Shown here: positions 11,228 to 22,399 of the stretch, one piece after another
Layout: every line of letters starts with the position of its first letter
How positions within the stretch are numbered: the stretch's first letter is position 1
NCBI GenBank assembly: GCA_010015585.1
Contig: ML975151.1
Source: Eremomyces bilateralis CBS 781.70
Taxonomy: Eukaryota
Length of the DNA stretch: 35,478 nt
Strand: one strand, 5' to 3'
Notes under the pieces: generated by a model
Databases searched by the model: none
Seen by the model: only the letters and a program-made list of their open reading frames with translations
Told to the model about the DNA's origin: nothing
Position numbers and translations under genes: made by a program

Positions 11228-12712
11228 ATCCACAGGGCAGCAGTGCTAGTTAGACAGACTTCAGAGGTTACTCAACGCCGCAGAAAGAGAAACAAGACGT
11301 GCGACAACGAAGAATTGAGTGGTGAAAATCTCGCCAGTTGTCGATCGAGGATGGGAGAGGCTGCAAGTTTATGCGATAGGAGGGACTGTGGTTAGTGATT
11401 ACCGGCATGACGAGTGACGACACGGGAAAACTGCTGATAAACTGCCGAGTATTGAACCATGATAGAAGCTACGAGCCGTTAGAGCGAGTGATTTAGTCAG
11501 TCCTTCGAAGAATGATGGGCAAATGACAGTCCAAAATTGCACCGATCGTCCGGCATTGTGATCTGCAATGCAACCCTCTCTGCCTTCTCCACATACCCCA
11601 GGTCCTGTTGGGATGGGGGAATGCGGGCGAACGGGCCAGGGGACTTGGGAACCCAGCACCACAGATTATGGACTGATGACCGGATGGAACATTCACTGTG
11701 TGGCATTGACATGATCGAATTTTGGGTCAATAGCACCCGAGATGGGCTTCCGAACCTCCTGGATGCGAGGTCCGCTCATCGTCTCCGTGGGGGTGGGCCT
11801 AGCCCGCTGGCATCAGCTGATGCTTGATTCAGTACTGTATACGACTATACGATAAACTCTCGTGAGGTGAAGGAATTACTAATAACTAACATTGGATGTT
11901 GCGGAGTTGCCGATTTAGTTGAGAAGTGGTCGTTATCTATGCCAGGCTTTGTCAGGCAGGCTCACAACCTAGAACGTTTGAGGGACGTGGTCCGGTTCTA
12001 TTGTGGAAACATTCCTTTTCGCTTCCACTGGAAATTTCGGGGCAGCGTCATGTGAAAGTGTTGTGGCCGTTACTACGAAGGGCATTTAGTCTCGAGACCG
12101 AAAATGCTGCCATGGTTGAAGACTTGAAGGAGGCAAAAGGCAACCAAATCTTGATCATGTTGCGTTAAGCTTCCCTAGGTCCACAGCCAAGAAGGAATGA
12201 CGTGCGTGGCCCTCACTTGGCTACTACAGCATTAACAAATAACAGTACAGCAGCCTGCCGAGCAGCTGAGGAGTCTTTGATCGTCCAAAGGAAAAGCATG
12301 GATTTTATTCAAGCCACCGGCTTCCAAAATCCACTTCTCACGAACTTCTATGATTCTATCGGCTGCCGCCTGCCGGCCTTTGGTAGAGCTCGGTATAGGG
12401 AGTGAGATGATCGGACGATCGGGACCGGGATCTCGCAACGGGATGCTGGACAATCGATGGACCGAAACCGACATGGACCGAAGTCCGAATGGGACTTGGT
12501 GACCTCAAACAAGGTACCTGTATAATACAAGACAGATATTGAATTATATTCTGGGCCGGCAGCTGCTCCCTTAAGCTCTTCACTACCGTTCGCCTGATTC
12601 GGACGAGAAAGTTGCAAGGGAATCGTACGTGCTGGATACCCACTGCTATCGTACAGACTCTATAAAACTACATGCAGCTTTGACCGTGATAGACAAGTGC
12701 CATTAACTCGCC

Positions 12713-14188
12713 TCAGATTTTCCTGATCACACATCCTCTTTCAAGCTCCCCAATCACTCCCCTTCCACTCAATGTCCACAACTCGTTCACCATCTTCGAC
12801 CTCATCTCTTTCCTACACATCCCGCTCTTGATCCAATAATCCATCACCCCACGCGCCTCCTCCTTACTTACTCCGCCTAGTCTAACCACTTCCACCACCG
12901 CGGGGTCGAAGCATCCAAACACTCTCTCGTCTAGCTCCTCATAGGGGTTCCAGGTCGGAACGTCAACCGCCTCTCCTTCCGCCTTCTTCGCCTTCTGAAT
13001 AGCCTCCGCTCGTGCCAGCGCAAAATTCAACGACTTGGCGCTCGGTACATCCGAGTTGTTCATCGCCGCGATCACCGCGCCCCCGTTCGGCAAGGCGGAC
13101 GCGCCGGAGAGGCACGACGAGAAGTGCTGGATGAGATCCAGGTCATGGGCATGGATGGTTTGCGCGTCGGCGGAAAGGTACGCGGAAGGACGCATAAAGT
13201 GAGCAAGGGCATCAACGGCAAGGAGGACGGGCGGTCGCTGGGAGGCAGGCGGTGCATCGGCCGGGGGTTTGTACGTCAGCTCGGACCAGAGAGCGTGGAA
13301 CACAGGTAATGCGATGTCGGGGTCATTGGTCGCTAGCTCGGCGAGACGGAGGAGGGAGGTGCCCTGGGGAAGGGTCACGGGAGGGTTATGGGTGAGAGCG
13401 GTTGTGAGCTTGGAGAGAATGTCGCGGTTGGCCTGGACAATTGATGTGAGGAGGGTAGCCGTGAGAGCGGGTTGGCTATAGCGGGTTGGATCGGTGTTTG
13501 GTATCGGAGCGTAATCGGTGAAGCCCATTGTTAATTCTCGAGCTGTAATAGAGAAGTCAGTCACCTGGTAAGGGCTTCATTGGAGAATTGTCGACGGACC
13601 CTCCCGATAGTTGATCACTACCCAATCGCGCATGAACGCATGCGCCAACGCCTGAAGCAGCAGTACGCTCTTTCCGCTCTTCTTCTCCCCTATAAGAACC
13701 TGCCGTATAGCTTCTCCTTTGGCAGCTTCATCAAGCTTCCGTGCCATCTCCACGGTCTCCTTTCTGATCAACGTTGAAGGAGTCCTGAAGAACTTCCAAC
13801 CTTGGGTGTTCTTGAACGCTCCAACCGCCCGCAAGGAGTCAACCGTCGTGACCGGCAACGCCATCACTTTACCAACATTGTTCTCGTCCACCACACCCTC
13901 CGCGGTCATCAATTCGATGTCCGGCACGTTGAGGGCGTTCGTGTTGCTGATCACGACACGGGTTCGTTGCGCCTTTCGTTCGCCCACGGCGGGCCTCCGG
14001 CCACCATCATCTTTGCGCTCTTTCTTCTTGATGTTCAATCGCTTGATCCCCCGGGTGCTTGCTGCCGCCGCCGCACGGGATGATGTCCCGAAATGAGACG
14101 TCTGATGCGTGACGGGACCGGATGGAGGGATTCGAGGAAGGGGGCACGGTCGGTGCAGACACTGCGAGAGAACTCGCTTTCCGGACAT
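12713..14188 (-). CDS. RSM23: Mitochondrial small ribosomal subunit protein mS29 (DAP3/RSM23) (~472 aa); exons 14188-13600, 13542-12713
   Basis: It has a basic, presequence-like N-terminus, RPAVGERKAQRTRVVISNTNAL, Walker A GEKKSGKS, Walker B-like VLLAVD and the C-terminal WTLSGRGVIGELER. The intron is 13599-13543 (GTCCGT donor, CTGAC branch, CAG). Confidence 0.88.
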
Positions 14189-14369
14189 GGCTGACAACTT
14201 GAAACCGTAGCTTTAGTCGAGGTCGACGGTTCGGATTCATAACATGGCTGCAATGGTCGCAGACAAACGCGGACAAGTCTTCAGGGACCAGAATAAAATC
14301 GACATCAACGCTCTAAAGCTCTAGGCCAATCATCATCAGGCTTGGCGATGTAAGGGAGAACGAGTTCAG

Positions 14370-14379
14370 GTCACGTGAT
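14370..14379. promoter_or_regulatory. GTCACGTGAT E-box (Cbf1-type bHLH site) upstream of RSM23
   Basis: An exact RTCACGTG motif lies about 180 bp upstream of the RSM23 ATG. Function is inferred. Confidence 0.4.
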
Positions 14380-14531
14380 GTAACATATCGGCTCAAGACA
14401 GACGAGATCGGTCCTGAATGATATATCAATGATGTATCAATGAAAGTACTATATACTAATAATGTTCAGTTTAGTAATATCCCAAGAGCACATCATCAAC
14501 CATGCCCCCAAACTTTCCCCTAGAAGATGCC

Positions 14532-17500
14532 TTATCTCGAATCTGGCGGAGTCCTGAGGACAACCGTCGACTTATATTGCTCCAAAACGTACTTCAACGA
14601 GTATCCATCGCGACCATTTCCAAAGTGGTCTTCTGAAGTCGGATCGGAGTTACGGTGCTCCAACAAAAGTTGCAGAATATCTTCTCGGCCAATTGCCCCG
14701 GCCCACCAGATGGCCGATTTCCCCATCTCGCCCCATTTCCAATGTTTCCACATGATGTTGAGATTGTCCCGCTCCAGAAGAGACTGGACAACGACGTTCC
14801 AGCCTTGCTGCACTGCCAGTATCAGCGGTGTGATGCCCTGCTCTGTTCGACAATTGATATCGACGCCATCCTTTGCAAGGAAGAGCCGGATGACAGCTTC
14901 CGCGTTCCAGAATTCTTCAATCATTGACAAGAGGCGGGGGTTCCCATTGTCTTCTTTCGGTTCATCTGGATGATGGCGTTCTAAGACAAGGGTGTATCGG
15001 TCAAAGGAGTTGGACTCGTAGCCTTGCTCGTGATTGATAAAACTTGTTGCTGATAAGGGGGTCCGTCCAGAGCGGTCCTTCGAATTGACATCGATATAAC
15101 CATTGATGATCAATTTGTCCAAGGAATATTGCAACGTCCCAATTCTGCCGATAGCATTCAGAAAGGGCGTCCCTCCATCGCAATCTTGGGCATCGACATC
15201 AACGCCGTGATCTAGCAACATTGTAATCACAGGCGTACAGCCACAACCACCCGCGGCGGCAAGATGCAGCGGCGTTCGGCCCCAAATGTCCATGGAGCTC
15301 GCATCGACATCGTCGCGATCAAGCAGTAAACGTACGATAGCGGGGTGGCCGGATTTGGCAGCATAGAATAGAGGTGTTAGCCCTTCTACGTCCATCGAGT
15401 CGGCATTGATATCTGGTCGCTCTAGCAGGACCCTCACGATGGGCTCGTGACCCATTTCCGTAGCCCAAGACAGCGGAGTACGGCCTTCCTTGTCCCGTGA
15501 ATGCACATTGACATCGCATCGGCCCAACAAGAGCGAAATGATAGCCTGATGGCCCTCTTGGGCTGCTAAAGAGAGCGGACTTCTTCCATTATTGTCTTCG
15601 GTATTGGGCATGAGGTTAGGTTGATCAAGGAGAACCTTTACAACGGAGTAGTTTCCTTGCTGAGAAGCCACGTGGAGAGCTGTCTGTCCATTGTCATCCT
15701 TCGAGTTGCTGTCAATGCCCTCAAGTCGAAGCAATCTTAACAACAACTGGTCAAACCCGAGTTGTGCCAAGACGTGCAATGCGGTCACTTTCCGCACGAA
15801 TTTTTGTGACGGAGCATCAGTGACAACTTTTTCGCCAAAGCGAGTCATCGTGGGGCTGTATGATAAGAAGTACGTCGCCTGGAGGACTGATGCGAGTATT
15901 TCCGGGTTCCTAAGGAAGGAAAGGACGGGTTCGGACTCCTGCTCAGGTACGGCCTGGACATGTTTGTCCCAATATGAAGCAGCGTAGATGGCAAATGGCA
16001 TTTCTCTCAACCTTCTCTCCAGATCATCGTCGGAAGAGCAAGGTCCGGCTTTGAATGTGCTGAAACTGAGATAGGTGATGCAGACACCAGCGAATTCTGC
16101 TTCGGCGTGAGGAATCCATGCATTTCGGATATGCTGGAGGAACTCGTATGCGGTATAGTGAACCAGGCGGACAAGGTCGAGTTCCTCGTCAAAAACGATG
16201 AGCCCGGCGCAGAGAGAGACGACGGTGCCAATGTCTGGGATGTTTTCCTCATTCAAATCAGTATCTCCTCGCTCGACTCCCAAGGCATGGCATAATTGCC
16301 GACTGGTTAGAGACGCTTTGGCGCAGAAAATCCATGCTATTGCATTTCTGGCCAGGCTTGCATTTCCCGGCAATTGATATTCGACTCTTTGAACTGCCTC
16401 GTTGTATGCATGCACAATTGCTTCAGACCCCTTCGCCAAGAGATTCAACGCCTGTCTCAGTTTAAACTTAGTCTGCTTATCCAGAAGCGAGTCGAAATGG
16501 AGGTGGGCCAGGAGAAACCTTAGAGAAATTAGTCAGTTTGATTAACACATAGGTCCAGCATTGAACCATACATGCCATCTGCCGCAACGATGATCCTTGT
16601 GACAATGAGTTCCTGCAGTTCCTCATCATCCTGGACAAAGTCGGGAAGTTCCTTGAATTGAGATATGACATATTTCCTGATATCGTGTTCGTTTGCCCGG
16701 ATCTCCAGCTTCTTAGATGCTTTGAGTTTGCTTTCTATGCCTGGATTAAAGCGAGAGGTCACCATCAAGCGCACATCTGTGACGCGACGGATCCTGTCGA
16801 AAGTGCCTAGAAGAGTATTTCGAATCCGGCTATCGCACTCGTCTAGGGCATCAATCACAATATATATTGTCTGATATTCGGCCGAAACAGTTTCCAGGGC
16901 ATTCAGAACTTCGGGAATGGACGGTCGGGTTCCTTTGCTGATGTGCTGGTCATAGAGATTTTGAACGACTGTTGGGAGACTTCTTCCTTGTTGGACCAGC
17001 TGCTGCAAAGTAGCACCCAAAAGATTCTCGGCAGTTTGCTCGCGCTGGCTATGGTAGTTGCAATACCAAAACGCTATAGCACTGTTGCCGTCGACAGATG
17101 CGATATCGAGAAGGTGGTCGATTGTGACAGCAGAGATAATCGTCTTGCCTGCTCCGGGTACTCCTGGGCAAAACAGTGTCCCTTGGGAGGTGCGGAACCA
17201 GTCTATGAAGTCGTTGGATTCCAGAAACCACCTGCCTGTCCCATCCTCTCGTTGACGCAGGGTATCGCAATGTTGCGCGTGAAAGTTCAATGGAGACAGC
17301 CATTTCAAAATGGTCTCACAGTTGTGTTGAGTAGCGGTATCTTGAAGAACTTTGATCCCATCTGTATTTCTTCGGATGGTATGGAGATCATTTCGAATCG
17401 TGGCGGTGTCTTCCTTGATCCTTCGAACCAAATTTCTGGAATGACGCCGATATCAGTAGGTGCTTTCCTATTCTAGGTTGAGAATCTATCGGGGCCTTAC

Positions 17501-17916
17501 GAGACATCCATTTCGAGCGCTAATTGGAAGATTGAGGTAGTCCTTTGCAATCTCGCTAGTATCCTTGATATCTGTTGATGATTGAAATGATACCTTATCC
17601 GATGGCTGAATGCACTCGATTTATTGCCAGGCTTTGGGAGCATTTTATGGAGTTCATTCAAAGTACACGCATACTGTTGAATAGGGCCGTCATCCTCGTA
17701 GTCATTCACGAGGGTCTGCCACACGTCTCCAAACTTCCTATCTGTGTCGTCACAGTAAGCCGCACGGAGTCTGATTTGAGTGAATAGGAGTGTGAGATGA
17801 GATATTTCGATGGCACAGTCATTTAGCTCTTTAGGTGCGTTCCTGAAATCGGTGATGTAGGCTATCAAGACTCCAGCAATTTGAAATACACTAGAGATGG
17901 CTGAAAACGGATCCAT
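14532..17916 (-). CDS. Fungal NLR (STAND) protein: HeLo-like/SesA-type N-terminal helical domain + NACHT + ~10 ankyrin repeats (~1088 aa); exons 17916-17501, 17435-16572, 16518-14532
   Basis: The N-terminus MDP...DFRNAPKEL...RYHF is typical of fungal STAND N-terminal domains. NACHT motifs are GTGRWFL, P-loop GVPGAGKT, Walker B IVIDALDEC, VTSR, and ADGM|FLLAHLH restored by splicing. Ankyrin units follow the GxTPL pattern. Introns 17500-17436 and 16571-16519 are canonical. Confidence 0.92.
14600..15790 (-). repeat. Ankyrin repeat-encoding region of the NLR (about 10 divergent ~33-34 aa units; boundaries approximate)
   Basis: Unit starts in order: VTALHVLA, GQTALHVAS, GRSPLSLAA, GRTPLSWAT, GLTPLFYAA, GRTPLHLAA, GGTPFLNAI, GRTPLSAT, GITPLILAV, GKSAIWWAG. 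Confidence 0.85.
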
Positions 17917-18427
17917 GACTCAGAGAAGTGTGACTAGATAAAGCTAAAGAGAAAACGTGGATTCATGCTCGCAACTACATTGAATCAATCTCGAAAAAGA
18001 CAACAGGGACAATGGTCATATAGATAATACTGCCTTAACCGGCGTCCAAGCCAATACGAAAGAGCCTTCTCATACTGACTTGAACACTCACTAGCATGGA
18101 CGATACGTTACACCGTGGTTCGTGTCCCGTAGGCTTATACCTACAACATAATCCATTCACACCGTCTTGACACCAGAGCCACGACGAGGCGGATTTCTCG
18201 ATGGACTCAGGAGGATGGTCCAGTCAGAATCATGATAGATGGTAGACAGTTGGACTACCGGGACTACTAAAGGCGGCACGAATCGGATTCGTACAGGATG
18301 GCATTGAAGTCAGGCTGGAGAATTGTTTGTCTTCCATCATCTGCGTCGAAATGACAGGTTTGAGGTTGTGCAAGTGTTCTGATGTACTCGCTCATGACCA
18401 GATTGTGAGATTGGAGGTTTGGTTGTA

Positions 18428-18462
18428 ATCACGTGGCATATATGGCCTGTACTGTCACATGA
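18428..18462. promoter_or_regulatory. Two RTCACRTG (Cbf1-type) sites upstream of RRS1
   Basis: ATCACGTG at 18428-18435 and GTCACATG at 18454-18461, about 170-200 bp upstream of the ATG at 18627. Confidence 0.4.
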
Positions 18463-18626
18463 TATGAAGTGCAAGGATTATGGCTGGCCCAGCGGACTTG
18501 GAGTGCCAGAAACGAATATCTCAGAAATTTCAACAAGAAGCATTTCGAACGAATGAATTTCCCCCATCCTGTCAAGTTCCTAGATATAGAAACGATTCGA
18601 AAGCACAAAGCTTTCCAACGTTCAAT

Positions 18627-19262
18627 ATGGACACTCAATCAATCCCGCAAACCGGCGACGCCTCAAAACCTACCAGATCCGCCGCCGAAATGAAGGAGCT
18701 CATCTATCCGAACAAACCTATTCCTTACACCATCGACGCCGGGCACCTCCTCCTCAGCGACGCCAACCCACTTCCCTCCCTTTCCCCCTCGTCCATCGAA
18801 CCCACCCTTCAATCCGCCGCGCGCGACTGTGCCCAATCATTGATCGGCCACCTCCTCCAAAACTGCCCGATCGTCCGCGACGATACAGGCGTCTCGCTCA
18901 CGCTGCCGACCCCCCAGTATCAATTACCGCGCGAGAAGCCTATCCCCAAGGAGAAGGAGAAGACGAAGTGGGAGGCGTTCGCGGAGCGGAAGGGCATCCA
19001 GAAGCGACGGAAGGACGAGCGCTCGAAGATGGTGTGGGACGAGGTGAGCCACGACTGGGTCAAGCGGTACGGGTTCGGAGGGAAGGCGATGCGCGAGAAG
19101 CAGCTGCAATGGGTGGTGGAAGTGGATGAGAAGGAGGAGCGGAGGAAGGTGGCGGAGGAGGAGGCGGAGAAGCGGAAGCCGAGGGGGTCGGGGCCGACGA
19201 GACCGGGGAAGGCAGAGCGGAGTGGGCAGGTGTTCAAGAGGAAGAATGGGAAGAAGGGGTGA
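18627..19262 (+). CDS. RRS1: Ribosome biogenesis regulatory protein Rrs1 (~211 aa, intronless)
   Basis: Rrs1 motifs are DAGHLLLSDANPL, ARDCAQSLIGHLL, LPREKPIP, KTKWEAFAERKGI and VWDE..WVKRYGF. The start at 18627 is preferred over the in-frame ATG at 18480. Confidence 0.9.
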   Translation: MDTQSIPQTGDASKPTRSAAEMKELIYPNKPIPYTIDAGHLLLSDANPLPSLSPSSIEPTLQSAARDCAQSLIGHLLQNCPIVRDDTGVSLTLPTPQYQLPREKPIPKEKEKTKWEAFAERKGIQKRRKDERSKMVWDEVSHDWVKRYGFGGKAMREKQLQWVVEVDEKEERRKVAEEEAEKRKPRGSGPTRPGKAERSGQVFKRKNGKKG

Positions 19263-20072
19263 AAGGTGGCGTACGGCCATGAATAAACATCTGCGGGTTC
19301 AGGCCTCGAAAGAGAATGTCGGGAGGAATACCGGACAGCTATGACGTGAGGAAGGTTGGTAGGCACAGCGGCAGTTTAACCCAGGATACGTTGCAGAGCG
19401 CAAGGCTTGTGGCATATCGTGGTGCCCCGTCCAAGGTCGTCCCGAAAAGCTACGATCGGATAGTCCTTCGCGTTCTCCTGGCTGGAAGGGGAATGGCATG
19501 TATGTCGACGGACGATAAAACGTCAAATCCAAAATGAGATCGATATCCAGCTACGCTTGCATTCAAATTCACCACAAGTCTAGCTACCCGTTTCCATATC
19601 GTACAGAATGACTCCACCAAATGCCCGTCCCGCGTGAAATCTCATTTTTGGAAGCCTGTCCCATGCTAGATAATACCAATCCACCGGCTCCTCTACCGCT
19701 CCGGATCCTTGAGTGATTCAATAAATTAGTGGCCTCTCCCTCCAGTCTTTAATGTCGCGGGAAGGAAAGGGTCATTGGGGGGACCGTGTGTAAACCAAAT
19801 AAATCCGTCGTCGACATGGCGGCGCACTCCGCCAATCCTCGAACCTGCAGATACCGACACCACTTCGCCAAACAAAAGCAATCAAGATAACTGTCTCCGC
19901 GAGGGCCGCAGACGCAGGACAGAATGTAAGCATGCATGCAACGTGTCGATGCTCAACCCACGGTGTACCCACGGACCCAGCAGACAGCACATCTATCCAA
20001 ACCCAACGGGCGAGAGCCCCAAGAAAACAACTTTTAAAAGTGCCGATGTCTTGTTTCACTGCCATGTCGCTC

Positions 20073-22399
20073 TCAATGAAACGGCCGCATGGGTGAAAGC
20101 GGCTTCATCGGCGGCAACTCCGTCGCTGCAGCCCGACCTCCCTGTCTTCCGGGCGGCGTCTGCCTGCTCTCTTCAGCGCTCATGTCCTTCCCCGACTCGG
20201 TCCGATTACCCGGCGCCGGTCGGGCCCGCTCGGGGGTTCCGCTACCGGTGAGCGACGGATTCGTGCTATCTGAGGACGAGACGGCGCGATCGTCAACCGC
20301 CATGATGCTGACGGACTCCAGTTGCGGACTGGGGGCGGTCACGTTCACGGTTTCTGAGCCGAAGGAGAACTGCTGCGGGGTTGGCGGTGGAGGGGCGAGG
20401 TTGTCGCGGCGGGGTGCCGGAGAGTGTGCCTGTGAAGGTGGAAGCGGGATGTTGCCGGCCGCGGCTTGCTGCGAGTCGAGGAAGCGATTCTCATCCTCAA
20501 GATACTCCTTCTCGGTCCAGCAGCCTTGCCAGCAATTGCGCCAGTCGCATACGAGGAAGTAGAAGATGAAGGAATCCATTTTCAGGCAAGGCTGGAAACA
20601 GATGCAGAGGTTTTGGTAAGTCATCTTGTTTTGTTCGGCGCAGGAATGCAGGAGCGAGATGTGGCAGGTGATGGCGAAGAGGAGATAGTAATTATAAGGG
20701 GGAAGTTTGGAAAGCTCGTCTTTGAGCAGCTGGGGGGCGGTTTGTGCGCCTGCGCATTGTTCGGCGATGCGGATTTGGGTGGGTTTTGGGAAGACCTCAT
20801 CGGGAAGATCACGGAGCCAGGCCTTGAAGAGAGACGTGATGGTGTTGATGTCGTAGAGATCCGGATCAGAGAAGAGGTCGATATCATATTCTAAACACGT
20901 TAGAACACGGATATTAATACCGTATGCAAAGAACACACCTTGATCGAATCGCATCTGCCATTGCTTGACTTCCCTTCCGCTGCCTGGGATTCGATACAGA
21001 CCCTCCTGCTCACATCCGTTCATATTGAGATAACTGTAATCTGTTAGTACTAGTTGTGCCCATAATTACTATTCAGGAACTTACTCAATACACCGCCATG
21101 GCAATGCAGGCATCCAGAATTCGGTTTTATCCTTGGAGCCTTCCAACCGCTTGGAGATTCGCGTGACCCTTGTTTGCTCAATCAAGGGCATATTGATCAC
21201 CCTACAAACATAACCCTGTGCAGCATCGACTTCTCGCTCATGGCTGCTGCCACTCCGGGCCAGCTTGTTAAAGAACTTCCCTGCTCGTGCCCCCGCCTTT
21301 CCACCAGCCTTGCCAAGTCCACCTGCTGCCTTGGATAGAAAGGAGTTGCTGAATTCCTTATGCGAGTTCACTGGCTTTGCATGGTATTCGGTATCCCTCA
21401 GATGTGAATTCGAAGATTTCGAAGCATGTTGAGGCTTCTCGAGCTTGTGGTGGCTACGATCGGCTTTGTCCACCGTCCGTTCAGGCTTGTTGGCTATTCT
21501 CTCATTGCTATCGTTGGCAGTCGGCGTATCGGTGACGTGACTGTCCACCGAATGATTACGCGTCGATGAGCCTATCTTCTTTCGGTATGAGCGATCGTTT
21601 CGGGTATCATCAGTGGATGGGGCGGTTTTTGGTGCCATGTCGTGATTGTTGTGATGGTGTTTGCTGGCTTTCGAAGATTCCGAGTTCACCGGGCGTGTCG
21701 GCGTGCTTGGCTTGGACAGAGTCCGGCTGTGTGAGTCTTTGATCGATTTCGAGCGCAGAAGCTTCGGGAAATGCTTTTTGGTGGAGGATTTCGGAAGGGG
21801 GAAATCGCTGCCGGTAGGAGCGGATGTAGAAGTGATATCTGGTTGGGAAGATGCAGCGTTGGTTGCAGCACGAGATCGAGATCCTGTATCACAAGTTAGT
21901 TGGGCTCTGTTGTGGATAGTTGGCTGTTGTGTATAGCAGGCGCGTGTGAATAGTAGGCGCGTGTCAACAGAATACTATTGTTGGCAGCGAATGTATTGCA
22001 TTTCAACTCACCTCCAACTTCGACACCCGATGTATCAATCAAACTCAATTCTGGTGTCGATCCAGTGCCTTTTCGATAGGGATATATGGAAGAAATTGCA
22101 GGGCTTCCACTGTTCGCCGAAGAGCTTTCAGAAGCCGCTAAGCGTGTCGAGGACTTCGATGCCTTGTAATTGGAGAAGATGGACTTCGTATGCTCTTTGT
22201 TTCGTTTTGTTGGCTTCGTTGATTGAGCCAAGGAAGCGATATGAGGAAGCGCCGTGTATTTTTCGGTCGGACTGGTTCCGTCCGCCGCTCGTCCTTCTGG
22301 ACGTGGACTTGATGGACTTTGCGGGACACTCTGCGAGCGCTCACCCTTGTAATTGTTCGGATTCGATAATGCTATTGAAAGTGCGGACGACTTTGGCAT
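20073..22399 (-). CDS. Rho GTPase-activating protein (~699 aa); exons 22399-22012, 21883-21085, 21033-20939, 20890-20073
   Basis: The spliced RhoGAP domain reads FWMPALPWRCID|YLN..EQEGLYRIPGS (arginine finger), SLFKAWLRDLP and NKMTYQNLCICFQP. The flanks are long, low-complexity and Ser/Lys-rich. There are three canonical introns. Confidence 0.9.
21907..21964. repeat. Two overlapping imperfect tandem duplications with 17-bp period inside a RhoGAP intron
   Basis: CTGTTGTGGATAG (21907) / CTGTTGTGTATAG (21924), and ATAGCAGGCGCGTGT (21933) / ATAGTAGGCGCGTGT (21950). Confidence 0.7.

Noticed and set aside
13594..13599. Unusual GTCCGT donor in RSM23
   Set aside because: It is still a GT-AG intron with +5G and +6T that restores the frame, so it is a minor variant.
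17950..18420. Possible adjacent amyloid-signalling or effector partner gene for the NLR
   Set aside because: Only short, unrecognisable ORFs are present. There is no N/Q/G-rich amyloid motif here or at the NLR N-terminus.
18480..18626. In-frame upstream ATG extending RRS1 by 49 aa
   Set aside because: The extension looks like AT-rich promoter/UTR directly after the E-boxes and has no Rrs1-like features. It cannot be fully excluded.
19830..19860. GGTTCGA T-loop-like motifs (also near 22762, 25812 and 35241)
   Set aside because: There is no T-stem pairing or cloverleaf, so these are not tRNAs.
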